Assembly (NCBI GenBank): GCA_965279525.1
Contig: CBDIIB010000003.1
Location: 32,001 to 96,000, forward strand
DNA length: 64,000 nucleotides
Direction: 5' to 3'
Origin: Tagaea sp.
Lineage (GTDB): Bacteria; Pseudomonadota; Alphaproteobacteria; CACIAM-22H2
A program made the translations under genes and the position numbers. Positions 20,300-33,312 of the stretch are shown one piece after another (position 1 is the stretch's first letter; every line of letters starts with the position of its first letter). The notes beneath the pieces were generated by a model. That model ran no database searches, was not told the DNA's origin, and was given only the letters and a program-made list of their open reading frames with translations.

Positions 20300-21688
20300 T
20301 CACGAGGGCCCGCCGGCCTTCTCGCCGATGTCCCAGTAGAGCCCGGCCATAAGCCGCAGCCCTTCGCGCGCGACCGCCGGCAGGATGTGCTCGTTGGGCG
20401 CATGCTGCGAGCACGACGGGTAGGAGTGCGGGACCCACACGGTCGGCAGGCCCAGCACGTCGCTGAAGATGTCGTTGGGCAGCGAGCCGCCGAGATTGGG
20501 CAGCACCGCCGGCTTGGCATTCGTCGTGCGCTTCAGGCTTGCCACGGCGAAATTCACCCACGGGTGCTCGGGATCGAGGCGCGTGGCGTGGAACATCTCC
20601 TCGCGCGTGGGCGACAGCTTCACCATCGGGAAGCCGTGTCGGTCGAGGTGCTTGCGCAGGGCCGGCAGGATGTTGGCCGGATCGATGCCGACGACGAACC
20701 GCAGCTGGCAGCGTGCCCACGCCTTGGGCGGGATCGCGTTGACCGGGTTTTCCGGATTGCCGGTGCGATAGGCGAGCACCTCGAACGAGCACCAGCCGAA
20801 CACGCGCTCGGACGGTGTGAGGCCAGGTTCACCCCATCCCGGTTCGACCTGCGGGCCATCCGAGCCGCCATCGACCTCGCAGTCGGCAAGGGCGCGGCGC
20901 ACGCTCGCGGGAAGTTCGGCGGGGACCCATTCGGGCAGGCGGATCTGGCCGGTCGGCCCGGCGATGCAGGCAAGCGCGTGGGCAAGCTGCAGGCCGGGGT
21001 TCGAGATGAGCCCGCCCCAGTTGCCGGAATGGTGCCCGCCGGCGCGCGCGTCGATCTCGAGATCGAAATTGAAGGCACCACGCGAACCCAGGAACAGCGT
21101 GGGACGTTCGGCGGACAGGCGCGGGCCGTCCGAGGCGATCAGCACGTCGGCCTTGAAGAGTTCCTTGTTCGCCTCGCACACCTCGCGCAGGCCCGGCGAG
21201 CCGGTCTCCTCGCCCATCTCGATCAAGTACTTGGCGTTGAAGCCGAGCTTGCCGCGGGCCTTCAGCACGGCGGCAAGCGCCCCGATATTGATCGAATGCT
21301 GGCCCTTGTTGTCGGCCGTCCCGCGCCCGTACCAGCGGTCGCCCTCGTCGGCCAGAACCCAGGGCGATAGCCCTTCGCGCCACTGCGGCTCGAGCCCGCG
21401 GATCACGTCGCCATGCCCGTAGCCGAACACGGTCGTGGCCTTGGGGTCCTCGATGCGTTCGGCGATCAGGAACGGCCCCTTGGCGCGCGGATGATGGAGG
21501 ATGCGGCACGTGAAGCCGAGCTTCTCGAGCGTGGGTACCATCTCGCCGGTCAGGTACTGCGCAAGCTCGGGGCCGCGATCGGGATTCTGGCTCTCGGTCT
21601 TGATTGCCACGCGGCGTGCCAGATCGGCCTTGTAGCCGCCGTCGTCGAAATAGCGCTCGGCATTGGCGATGGCGGTCTCGCGGCTCAT
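20300..21688 (-). CDS. M20 family metallopeptidase/amidohydrolase
   Basis: YGHGDV, YGRGTADNKG, MGEETGS, SDG, HSGNWGG, QHAPNE. Confidence 0.88.
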   Translation of the reverse strand: MSRETAIANAERYFDDGGYKADLARRVAIKTESQNPDRGPELAQYLTGEMVPTLEKLGFTCRILHHPRAKGPFLIAERIEDPKATTVFGYGHGDVIRGLEPQWREGLSPWVLADEGDRWYGRGTADNKGQHSINIGALAAVLKARGKLGFNAKYLIEMGEETGSPGLREVCEANKELFKADVLIASDGPRLSAERPTLFLGSRGAFNFDLEIDARAGGHHSGNWGGLISNPGLQLAHALACIAGPTGQIRLPEWVPAELPASVRRALADCEVDGGSDGPQVEPGWGEPGLTPSERVFGWCSFEVLAYRTGNPENPVNAIPPKAWARCQLRFVVGIDPANILPALRKHLDRHGFPMVKLSPTREEMFHATRLDPEHPWVNFAVASLKRTTNAKPAVLPNLGGSLPNDIFSDVLGLPTVWVPHSYPSCSQHAPNEHILPAVAREGLRLMAGLYWDIGEKAGGPS

Positions 21689-22659
21689 GCGAATTCCTTG
21701 CTGTAGAGGGGGGCGTAGGCGTGGCAGGCGACCTGTGCCGGCCCGTCGGCGATTGTTGCCGGGATCGCGGTCCGGCAGACCGGCTTGGCGTAGAGGCAGC
21801 GCGGATTGAAGCCGCAACCGGCCGGCGGGTCCAGCGGATTGGGGAAGGCGAGGCCGAGGCCGGTATCCGGCACGCCAAGTCCCGGCTCGGGCGTGAGCAC
21901 CGAGGCGAGCAGTGCCTGGCTGTAGGGATGGCGCGCGCGCGCGAAGATCTCGGCCGTTTGCGCAAGCTCGACGACGCGGCCCAGATACATCACCGCCACG
22001 CGCGTGGCGATATGCTCGACGACCGCGAGATTGTGGCTGATGAACACGTAGGTGAGGCCGAACTCCTCGCGCAGGTCCATCAGCAGGTTCAGGATCTGGC
22101 TCTGCACCGACACGTCGAGCGCCGAGGTCGGCTCGTCGCACACCACGATCTCGGGGCGCATGACGAGCGCGCGCGCGATCGCCACGCGCTGGCGCTGGCC
22201 GCCGGAAAGCTGCCCCGGATAGCTGTCGGCGAAGCGCGCGGGCAGGCCGACGCGTTCGAGCATGTCGATCGCCTTCCGGCGCCGGTAGGCGCTGTCGCCC
22301 ATGCCGTGTACGGCCAGCGGCAGCGCCACGATGGAGGCGATGCGCTTTCGCGGATTGAGTGAGCCGTAGGGATCCTGGAACACCGGCTGGACACGCGCGG
22401 CAAGCCTCCCGCGTCCGAGCGTGGCGATGTCGACGCCGTCGATCGAGATGCGCCCCGACGTGGGCGGAAGAAGGCCCAGCAGCATGCGCGCGAGCGTGGA
22501 TTTGCCGCAGCCCGATTCACCCACGATGCCGAGCACCTCGCCCTTCTCGAGCGTCAGATCCACGCCGTCGACGGCGTGGAGCGTGCGCGAAGGGGTAAAC
22601 AGCCCGCGCGATACCGCGAAACTGCGGTGCAGGCCCGATACTTCCATCAGCGCGCTCAC
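21685..22659 (-). CDS. Peptide/nickel-type ABC transporter ATP-binding protein (DppF/OppF-like)
   Basis: GESGCGKST, LSGGQRQR, DEPTSALD, HPYSQAL, GCGFNPRC. Confidence 0.9.
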   Translation of the reverse strand: MSALMEVSGLHRSFAVSRGLFTPSRTLHAVDGVDLTLEKGEVLGIVGESGCGKSTLARMLLGLLPPTSGRISIDGVDIATLGRGRLAARVQPVFQDPYGSLNPRKRIASIVALPLAVHGMGDSAYRRRKAIDMLERVGLPARFADSYPGQLSGGQRQRVAIARALVMRPEIVVCDEPTSALDVSVQSQILNLLMDLREEFGLTYVFISHNLAVVEHIATRVAVMYLGRVVELAQTAEIFARARHPYSQALLASVLTPEPGLGVPDTGLGLAFPNPLDPPAGCGFNPRCLYAKPVCRTAIPATIADGPAQVACHAYAPLYSKEFA

Positions 22660-23621
22660 GCGGCCCCCCGCACGCAGGCCCAGCCGTGATCGCCCTCGAG
22701 GTTTTGCGGCGGCTCGGCCGCACATTCGGGAACGGCAAGCGCGCAGCGGTCGCGGAAAGCGCAGCCCGTGACGGTGCCGATCAGGGCCGGGATCGTGCCG
22801 GGAATGGAGCCCAGCCGCTCGCCGGCCCGCGTGCGGCCCGGCACGGGGATGCAATCCATCAGTGCACGCGTGTAGGGATGCTGCGGGGCGGCAAACACGT
22901 CGGTCGTCGTCCCGTGCTCGACGACCGCGCCGGCGTACATGACGGCAACCCGGTCGGCGACGCGCGCGACGACGCCAAGGTCGTGCGTGATCAGCACCAG
23001 CGCCATGCCGAATTCGCGCTGAAGGTCTTTCAGGAGGAGCAGGATCTGCGCCTGGATCGTCACGTCGAGTGCGGTCGTCGGCTCATCGGCGACGATCAGG
23101 GCAGGGCCGCACATCAGCGCCATCGCGATCATCACGCGCTGGCGCAGGCCGCCGGAAAGCTGGTGGGGATACTGGCCGAGCCGGTCGCCCGACGCGGCGA
23201 TGCCGACTTTGCCGAGCAGGAACACCGCGCGCTCGCGCGCTTGCGCCACACTCGCCCCCTTGTGGCGGCGATAGACCTCCATCATCTGGTTGCCGATCGT
23301 GTAGGACGGGTTGAGCGCCGTCATCGGCTCCTGGAAGATCATCGACATGTGCGCGCCGCGCAGATCGTTGACCACCTTGCGCCCGGCCCCGGCAAGGTCG
23401 ATCCCGGCGAACTCGAGCCGGCGCGCTTTCCGCGTGGCGGCGCGCGGCAGCAGGCCCATCAGCGCCAGCGCCGTCATCGACTTGCCGCAGCCGGACTCGC
23501 CGACCAGGCACAGCGTCTCACCCTTCTCGACCGAGAACGTGACGTCGCGCACGGCATGCAGCGTGCCCGCGGGCACCGCGATATCGACCGTCAGCCCGTC
23601 GACCGTCAGAAGGGCCGTCAT
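22656..23621 (-). CDS. Peptide/nickel-type ABC transporter ATP-binding protein (DppD/OppD-like)
   Basis: GESGCGKSMT, FQEPMTALNP, YPHQLSGG, DEPTTALD, GCAFRDRC. Confidence 0.9.
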   Translation of the reverse strand: MTALLTVDGLTVDIAVPAGTLHAVRDVTFSVEKGETLCLVGESGCGKSMTALALMGLLPRAATRKARRLEFAGIDLAGAGRKVVNDLRGAHMSMIFQEPMTALNPSYTIGNQMMEVYRRHKGASVAQARERAVFLLGKVGIAASGDRLGQYPHQLSGGLRQRVMIAMALMCGPALIVADEPTTALDVTIQAQILLLLKDLQREFGMALVLITHDLGVVARVADRVAVMYAGAVVEHGTTTDVFAAPQHPYTRALMDCIPVPGRTRAGERLGSIPGTIPALIGTVTGCAFRDRCALAVPECAAEPPQNLEGDHGWACVRGAA

Positions 23622-24511
23622 GCGCGCCCCTCCGGGGCCGCCACGTCGCGGATCCCGTCGCCGACGAGGTTGATCGCCAGCAGCAGCAGACCAAGAGCCG
23701 TTCCCGGGATCGCGATCATCCAGAAGCTGAAGAACATGTAGGCCTTCGCCTCGGAGATCATCAGCCCCCAGCTCGGCAGCGGCGGCTGCACGCCAAGGCC
23801 AAGGAACGACAGGGCTGCTTCGAGCAGGATGGCGCTTGCCATCTCGAGCGTGGCGACGACGACGAGCTGGGGCAGGATGTTGGGCAGGATCTCGCCCAAC
23901 ACGATGCGCGGGGTTCCGGCACCCGCGGCGCGCGCGGCGGCGACATAGTCCTGGCTGCGTGCCTGCTGGGTGGCGGCACGCATGACCACCGCGAAGCGGT
24001 CCCACTTGAGCAGGCCGAGCACGAGGATGACCACGCCCAGCGATCCGCCGACGAGGGCGACGACCGCAAGGGCCACCAGCACGACCGGCATGGCGAGGCG
24101 CGTGGTCACGAGAAAACTGACGGCCATGTCGGTCTTGCCGCCGAAATAGCCCGCGAGCAGCCCCATCGTCGTGCCGATCAGGCCCGAGACGAGCATCACC
24201 GAAAAGCCGATCAGCAGCGAGACGCGGGCCCCATAGATCGTGCGCGAGAGATAGTCGCGCCCGAGATTGTCGGTGCCGAACGGATGCAGCCACGTGCCGC
24301 GCTCGTGCCAGATCGGCGGGACGAGGCGCGCGGAGAGGTCCTGGAAATAGGGGTCGTGCGGGGCGATCCACGGCGCGAGCAGGGCCGCCGCGAAGGAAGC
24401 CGCCAGCAGCAGCAGGCCGAAGATCAGGCCCGCATGCCCGAGGATCCGCCGGCGCAGGATCTGGCCATGCGTGGGAACGACGAATTCGGCGATGGCGGGA
24501 ATGTCGGCCAT
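23618..24511 (-). CDS. Peptide ABC transporter permease (DppC-like)
   Basis: HPFGTDNLGRD, EAALSFLGLG, SWGLMI, NLVGDGIRD. Confidence 0.9.
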   Translation of the reverse strand: MADIPAIAEFVVPTHGQILRRRILGHAGLIFGLLLLAASFAAALLAPWIAPHDPYFQDLSARLVPPIWHERGTWLHPFGTDNLGRDYLSRTIYGARVSLLIGFSVMLVSGLIGTTMGLLAGYFGGKTDMAVSFLVTTRLAMPVVLVALAVVALVGGSLGVVILVLGLLKWDRFAVVMRAATQQARSQDYVAAARAAGAGTPRIVLGEILPNILPQLVVVATLEMASAILLEAALSFLGLGVQPPLPSWGLMISEAKAYMFFSFWMIAIPGTALGLLLLAINLVGDGIRDVAAPEGRA

Positions 24512-24512
24512 G

Positions 24513-25430
24513 TCAGGCGACGCGCAGGCGCGGGTCGAGCCACGCGTTGACGAGATCGGCCGCCAGCGTGAGCACGATATAGACGATCGACAGCAGCAGC
24601 ACGACCGCCTGCGTCGTCGGGAAATCCTTGTAGGTGATGCTCTGGTAGGCGAGATAGCCCAAGCCGTCGAGCGCGAAGATCGTCTCGATGACGATCGAGC
24701 CGCCGAGCAGGAAGCCGAGCTGCACGGCCGCCAGCGCCACCACCGGGATCATCGCGTTGCGCAACGCATGCTTGAACACCACGCTTGCCGGCGAAAGGCC
24801 GTTGGCGCGCGCCGTGCGCACGTAGTCGGCCGCCAGCGTCTCGATCATGCCGGCCCGGATCAGGCGCATGAAGGCGGGGGCCGCGTAATAGCCCAGCGCC
24901 ACCGTCGGCATGACGAAGTGCTGCCATGTGCCCGAGCCCGACACCGGCAGCCAGCGCAGCGTGATCGAGAACAGCAGGATGAGGCACAGCGCGAAGAAGA
25001 AGTTCGGCAGCGCTTGCCCGACGACCGAAACCGCAAGGCAGATCCGGTCGACCCAGCTGTTGGGATAGAGGGCGGCGAGCACGCCCAGCGGGAACGACAC
25101 GACAAGCGCGAAGGCCAGCGCAAGCACGCCGAGGACCAGCGTGGTCGGCAGCTTGTCGATCACGAGATCGATCACGCTGGTCTTGAAATAGAGCGACTTG
25201 CCGAAATCCCCGCGCAGGGTCTGGCCGAGCCAGTCGAGATACTGGACGAGCAGCGGCCGGTCGAGCCCGTAGGTCTGGCGGACCATCTCGATGTCGGCGG
25301 CGCGCGCACCCTCGCCGGCGATGGCGAGGGCGACGTCGCCCGACAGGCGCAGCAGCACGAAGCTGATCGCGGAGACCGCGAAGGCCACCGCGACGGCGAC
25401 GAAAAGCCGCCGTGCGGCGAAGCCGAGCAT
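24513..25430 (-). CDS. Peptide ABC transporter permease (DppB-like)
   Basis: GLDRPLLVQY, GDFGKS, YVRTARANG, HALRNA, LDPRL. Confidence 0.9.
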   Translation of the reverse strand: MLGFAARRLFVAVAVAFAVSAISFVLLRLSGDVALAIAGEGARAADIEMVRQTYGLDRPLLVQYLDWLGQTLRGDFGKSLYFKTSVIDLVIDKLPTTLVLGVLALAFALVVSFPLGVLAALYPNSWVDRICLAVSVVGQALPNFFFALCLILLFSITLRWLPVSGSGTWQHFVMPTVALGYYAAPAFMRLIRAGMIETLAADYVRTARANGLSPASVVFKHALRNAMIPVVALAAVQLGFLLGGSIVIETIFALDGLGYLAYQSITYKDFPTTQAVVLLLSIVYIVLTLAADLVNAWLDPRLRVA

Positions 25431-25442
25431 CGCGCCTTGCCG

Positions 25443-26960
25443 TTACTTCCAGCGCGTTTCCCAGAAGCGCGGCAGTTCGTCGGGGTAGGGCGTGAAGGCG
25501 AGATCCTTCGAATAGACGTAGAAGGTCGTCAGCGAATAGAGCGGGACCGCATAGGCCTTCTGGGCGATCATCGCCAGCGCCTGCCGGTAGGCGTCCTTGC
25601 GGGCCTGCGGATCGACCGATCCGTCGCCCTTGATCAGCAGGTCGCGCACTTCGGGATCGCGCGTCACGTCGTCGTCCTCGAACTTGTAGTAGACGGGCGT
25701 GCTGGCCGACACGTCGTTGACCGAGAACGAGCCCCATGTCTGGTGCGCGAATCCGGCCGTGCTCGCGCGCATCTGCTCGCGGAACGCGGCGTATTGCATG
25801 AAGCGCAGGTTGGCGCGGATGCCGACGGCACGCAGGTAGCCGATCATCGCCTCGGCCTGGTTGCGCTCGCGGTACGAGTAGAGATCGACGTCGAAGCCGT
25901 TGGGGAAGCCCGCTTCCGCAAGCAGCGCCTTCGCCTTGGCCGGATCGTAGGCGTGGACCGGCGCGCCCACGTCCGTGCAGCCGAACTGGCTGGGGAAGCA
26001 GATCGTGTTGAGCACGCGCGCCCCTTCGCCGACGAGGTTCTTGACCATCGCCGCGCGGTCGATCGCGTGGTTGATCGCCAGGCGCACGCGCGGGTCGCGG
26101 AACTGCGGCACGGGCGACTTCTCGGTCGAGGCCATCTGCAGGAAGACGATGCGCATCGTCTCGCCGCTCTCCACCGTCAGCGTCGGCACCGCCTTCATCG
26201 GCGCTGCCTGGTCGGGGGCGACGTTCATGATGAACTCGAGGCCGCCCGAAAGCATTTCGGCGACCTGAGTCTGGCGGTCGGGGATGAAGCGGATGTCGAC
26301 CTTGTCGATGGTCGGCTGCGGCTTGGGACTGTCCTTGAAATAGTCGGGATTGCGCTCGAGGCGCAGCAGCTTGCCCTGCGAATGCTCGACCACGCGATAG
26401 GGACCCGAGCCCACGGGCTTCTCGTTCATGCCCTGCGGGCCGGCCTTGGCGTAGTACTCGTTCGGGTGGATCGCGATGGGGCCGGCGAGATACTCGATTG
26501 CCGCCGGGAAGGTGCGCTTGAGGTGGATGCGGACCTTCAGCTTGCCGACCTTCTCGGCCTTGTCGATCCAGTTGACGTTCTGCTGGGTGGTCGACTTGTT
26601 GGCCGGGTTCGACACGAAGTTCAGCGTGTACACCACATCGTCGGCGTCGAACTCCTCGCCGTTATGGAACTTGACGCCGGCGCGCAGGTCCAGCTCCAGC
26701 GTCTTTTCGTCGATCCAGCGCCAGGCGGTGGCGAGCTGGCCCTTGTATTCGTTGGTCTTCGGGTCGCGGTAGATGAGGGTGTCCCACACGTGGTGGGCGA
26801 TGATCACGCCGATGCGCACGTTGTTGAAATAGGGGTCGACGTTCTCCGGCACCTGGTCGTAGGCGAAGCGGATCGTGTTGTCGCGCTTGGCGGCATCGGC
26901 CGGGGCGGCGAGGACGGCAAGGGCAAGGGCTGCCGCACAGGCGGTGCTGAACTTCGACAT
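25443..26960 (-). CDS. Peptide/nickel-type ABC transporter substrate-binding protein
   Basis: Signal peptide; GVKFHNG, DDVVYT, PVGSGPY, DPRVRLAINHAIDR, YDPAKAKALL. Confidence 0.9.
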   Translation of the reverse strand: MSKFSTACAAALALAVLAAPADAAKRDNTIRFAYDQVPENVDPYFNNVRIGVIIAHHVWDTLIYRDPKTNEYKGQLATAWRWIDEKTLELDLRAGVKFHNGEEFDADDVVYTLNFVSNPANKSTTQQNVNWIDKAEKVGKLKVRIHLKRTFPAAIEYLAGPIAIHPNEYYAKAGPQGMNEKPVGSGPYRVVEHSQGKLLRLERNPDYFKDSPKPQPTIDKVDIRFIPDRQTQVAEMLSGGLEFIMNVAPDQAAPMKAVPTLTVESGETMRIVFLQMASTEKSPVPQFRDPRVRLAINHAIDRAAMVKNLVGEGARVLNTICFPSQFGCTDVGAPVHAYDPAKAKALLAEAGFPNGFDVDLYSYRERNQAEAMIGYLRAVGIRANLRFMQYAAFREQMRASTAGFAHQTWGSFSVNDVSASTPVYYKFEDDDVTRDPEVRDLLIKGDGSVDPQARKDAYRQALAMIAQKAYAVPLYSLTTFYVYSKDLAFTPYPDELPRFWETRWK

Positions 26961-27021
26961 CGGGGACCTCCACTGTTCGGCCCGATGGTGCGGGGCGGAG
27001 GACCGGAGAGTCAAGCCGTGC

Positions 27022-28383
27022 CTAGACGGCGACCGAGTGCTTTGCCTCGCCGCCGTCGAGATAGGCGTCGAACGCCGAGGCGACGATCCGCGCGAAACTG
27101 CGCGTCTGCGGCGGGATCCCGATGCGCGTGCCCTCGCGCACGCAGAGGCCTTCGGCGGCAAACCGGTCCACGCGCGCGAATTCGCCGGCAAAAAGTTCCG
27201 CCGTGTCGCCGTCGGTCCCGTGGGTGGCCGCCAGCGGCGCCACGTCGACCGCCATGTCGCACATCAGCCGCACGATGATCTCGCGGCGCAGCCGGTCGTC
27301 GGCCGTCAGCGTCACGCCGCGCGCGACGGGCAGCTGCTTTCCTTCGACCGTCGCGCGCCATTCGTCGAGCCGCGTGTGGTTCTGCGCGTAGCCTTCGCGG
27401 AACGCCGAGATCGCCGAGGGGCCGAAGGCCAGAAGCGTTTCGGACCGGTCGGTCGTATAGCCCTGGAAGTTGCGCGTCAGCCGTCCTTCGCGGCAGGCCA
27501 CGGCAAGTTCGTCGTCGTGCGCCGCGAAATGGTCGATGCCGATGCGCTCGTAGCCGCGCGCGGCAAGTCGCGCGTGCGCGCGGGTCATCAGTTTCATGCG
27601 CAGTTCGCCGTCGGGCAGGCCGTGCGGTTCGAGCAGCTTCTGGTGCGGCTTCATCCATGGGACATGCGCGTAGCCGAACAGCGCCACGCGGGCGGCCCCC
27701 ATGTCGGCGACCGTATCCACTGTCGCGGCGATGGTCGCCTCGGTCTGGTGCGGCAGGCCGTAGAGCAGGTCGACGCCGAATTCCGGCAGTCCCGCCGCGC
27801 GCAGGTCGGCCAGGCGCGCTTCCACGTCCGCGACCGGCTGGATGCGGTTGATCGCCGCCTGCACGGCCGGGTCGAAATCCTGGATGCCGAGATTGACGCG
27901 CGTGACGCCCGAGGCGACGAGCGTGGCGGCCATCTTCGCATCGAGCGTGCGCGGATCGAGCTCGACGTCGAAGCGCGTGTCGACGCCGATGTCGAACATG
28001 TCGTGCAGCGCGTCCGCCAGCCTCGTGAAATCGGCGGGCGACAGCGCGTTCGGCGTGCCGCCGCCGAAATGGATCTGGCCGGCCGCCAGGCGGCGGCCCA
28101 ACAGCTTGCGCGCGTGGCCAAGCTCGCGCAGCAGCGTCTCGAGATAGTTGTGCACGCTCGCGTATTTCGACGCGATCGTGGTGTTGCAGCCGCAGTACCA
28201 GCAGAGCTGCGAACAGAACGGCACGTGCACGTAGACCGAGACCGGCATTTCGGTCCCGATCGCGGCGTACCATCGCGCGACCTCCAGCGGGCCGACGGCC
28301 TTCGTGAAATGGGGCGCGGTCGGATAGCTCGTGTAGCGCGGGACCCGCGCCTCGGCGCGGGTCAGGGTTTCCCGGGTCAGCAT
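27022..28383 (-). CDS. hemN: Oxygen-independent coproporphyrinogen III oxidase
   Basis: PRYTSYP, CSQLCWYCGC (radical SAM), GGGTP, IGIDHFA, RNFQGYT; start placed at ATG 28383 given the FNR-box spacing. Confidence 0.92.
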   Translation of the reverse strand: MLTRETLTRAEARVPRYTSYPTAPHFTKAVGPLEVARWYAAIGTEMPVSVYVHVPFCSQLCWYCGCNTTIASKYASVHNYLETLLRELGHARKLLGRRLAAGQIHFGGGTPNALSPADFTRLADALHDMFDIGVDTRFDVELDPRTLDAKMAATLVASGVTRVNLGIQDFDPAVQAAINRIQPVADVEARLADLRAAGLPEFGVDLLYGLPHQTEATIAATVDTVADMGAARVALFGYAHVPWMKPHQKLLEPHGLPDGELRMKLMTRAHARLAARGYERIGIDHFAAHDDELAVACREGRLTRNFQGYTTDRSETLLAFGPSAISAFREGYAQNHTRLDEWRATVEGKQLPVARGVTLTADDRLRREIIVRLMCDMAVDVAPLAATHGTDGDTAELFAGEFARVDRFAAEGLCVREGTRIGIPPQTRSFARIVASAFDAYLDGGEAKHSVAV

Positions 28384-28418
28384 GCGGGTGAGAATGGACC
28401 CGCCATCCGCCATCCGCG

Positions 28419-28432
28419 CTGATCCATGTCAA
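28419..28432 (-). promoter_or_regulatory. FNR/FnrL-type box
   Basis: TTGAC-ATGG-ATCAG on the minus strand, centred about 42 bp upstream of the hemN ATG. Confidence 0.7.
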
Positions 28433-28436
28433 TTCT

Positions 28437-29294
28437 TCAGCCCGCCAGCGCGCACTCGACGAACGCCTTCAAAAGCGGCTGGTCGCGACGCTCGGCAAGG
28501 CAGCAGGCATATTCGGCGACCTCGAGTGTGGCGTCGGCGAAGGGCAATGCGGCGAAACGCGGATCGGGGCCGAGCTCGTTCTCGAACACGATGCCGGTGC
28601 CGAATCCGGCGGCGACCGCCTCGCGCACGCCTTCGCGCGTGGCGACCTCGACGATGCGGGCAGGGGCGAGACCCGCCTGCGCAAGGGCCGCCTCGAAGCG
28701 CTCGCGCGTGGCCGAGCCACGCTCGCGCAGCACCAGCCGCTGGCCCGCGACTTCCGCCAGCGTCGGCGGGCGGCGGCGGCGTGCGGTTGCGGCCGGCACG
28801 AAGGCGACCAGCCGGTCGCTGCGCAGGCGCGTGACGGCCAGCCGCGGATCGGCAACCGCGCGGCCCATGATCCCGATATCCGCCTCGTAGGCGAGCAGGC
28901 TGCGCACCACCTCGTCCGAATTGCCGATGGCGAGCGCGAAATCGAGCCCGGGCACGCGCTTTTCGAGCGCACCCAGCACGGCCAACGCGTGTGCCGGCCC
29001 GTCGGCCGCCACGTTCAGGAACGCGCGCGACGGTGCATCGGTGCCGGCGACCACCGCCTTGGCCTCCTCGGCCAGATCGAACAGCCGGTCGGCCACGTCG
29101 AGCAGGCGCCGGCCGAGACGCGTCAGGCGGACCTGCCGGCCGCGCCGGTCGAACAGCGTGACACCATAGGTGCGCTCCAGCGCCTTCACCTGGGCCGACA
29201 GCGTGGGCTGGCTGACGCGTGCTGCCTCCGCCGCCCGGCTGAAACCGCCGGCGCGGGCGACAAGGCGGAAGGCGCGGAGCTGGACGAGATTCAT
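28437..29294 (-). CDS. LysR regulator, divergent from the 2-AEP operon
   Basis: MNLVQLRAF...SQPTLSAQVKALE HTH; position matches phosphonate-utilisation LysR regulators. Confidence 0.88.
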   Translation of the reverse strand: MNLVQLRAFRLVARAGGFSRAAEAARVSQPTLSAQVKALERTYGVTLFDRRGRQVRLTRLGRRLLDVADRLFDLAEEAKAVVAGTDAPSRAFLNVAADGPAHALAVLGALEKRVPGLDFALAIGNSDEVVRSLLAYEADIGIMGRAVADPRLAVTRLRSDRLVAFVPAATARRRRPPTLAEVAGQRLVLRERGSATRERFEAALAQAGLAPARIVEVATREGVREAVAAGFGTGIVFENELGPDPRFAALPFADATLEVAEYACCLAERRDQPLLKAFVECALAG

Positions 29295-29296
29295 CT

Positions 29297-29311
29297 ATAG
29301 ATAAACCCGAT
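29297..29311. promoter_or_regulatory. Putative LysR binding site
   Basis: ATAG-N7-CGAT (T-N11-A) in the AT-rich divergent intergenic region. Confidence 0.45.
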
Positions 29312-29397
29312 TTGAAACATAGCCATTATGTATTGGACCTATGGATAGGGCAAGCGCGATGCTGCGCGATCCTTTCCCCGAACGAGGAACGCCCTTC

Positions 29398-33247
<3,850 letters not shown>

Positions 33248-33277
33248 CGGAACGGGCTTCCAACCCGCGCGGACGGC

Positions 33278-33295
33278 ATGTAACCTTTCTGTAAC
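33278..33295 (+). promoter_or_regulatory. Pho box (PhoB site)
   Basis: ATGTAAC-CTTT-CTGTAAC, 11-bp-periodic direct repeat upstream of phoX. Confidence 0.7.
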
Positions 33296-33312
33296 AAAAC
33301 AGGGAGGGAACC

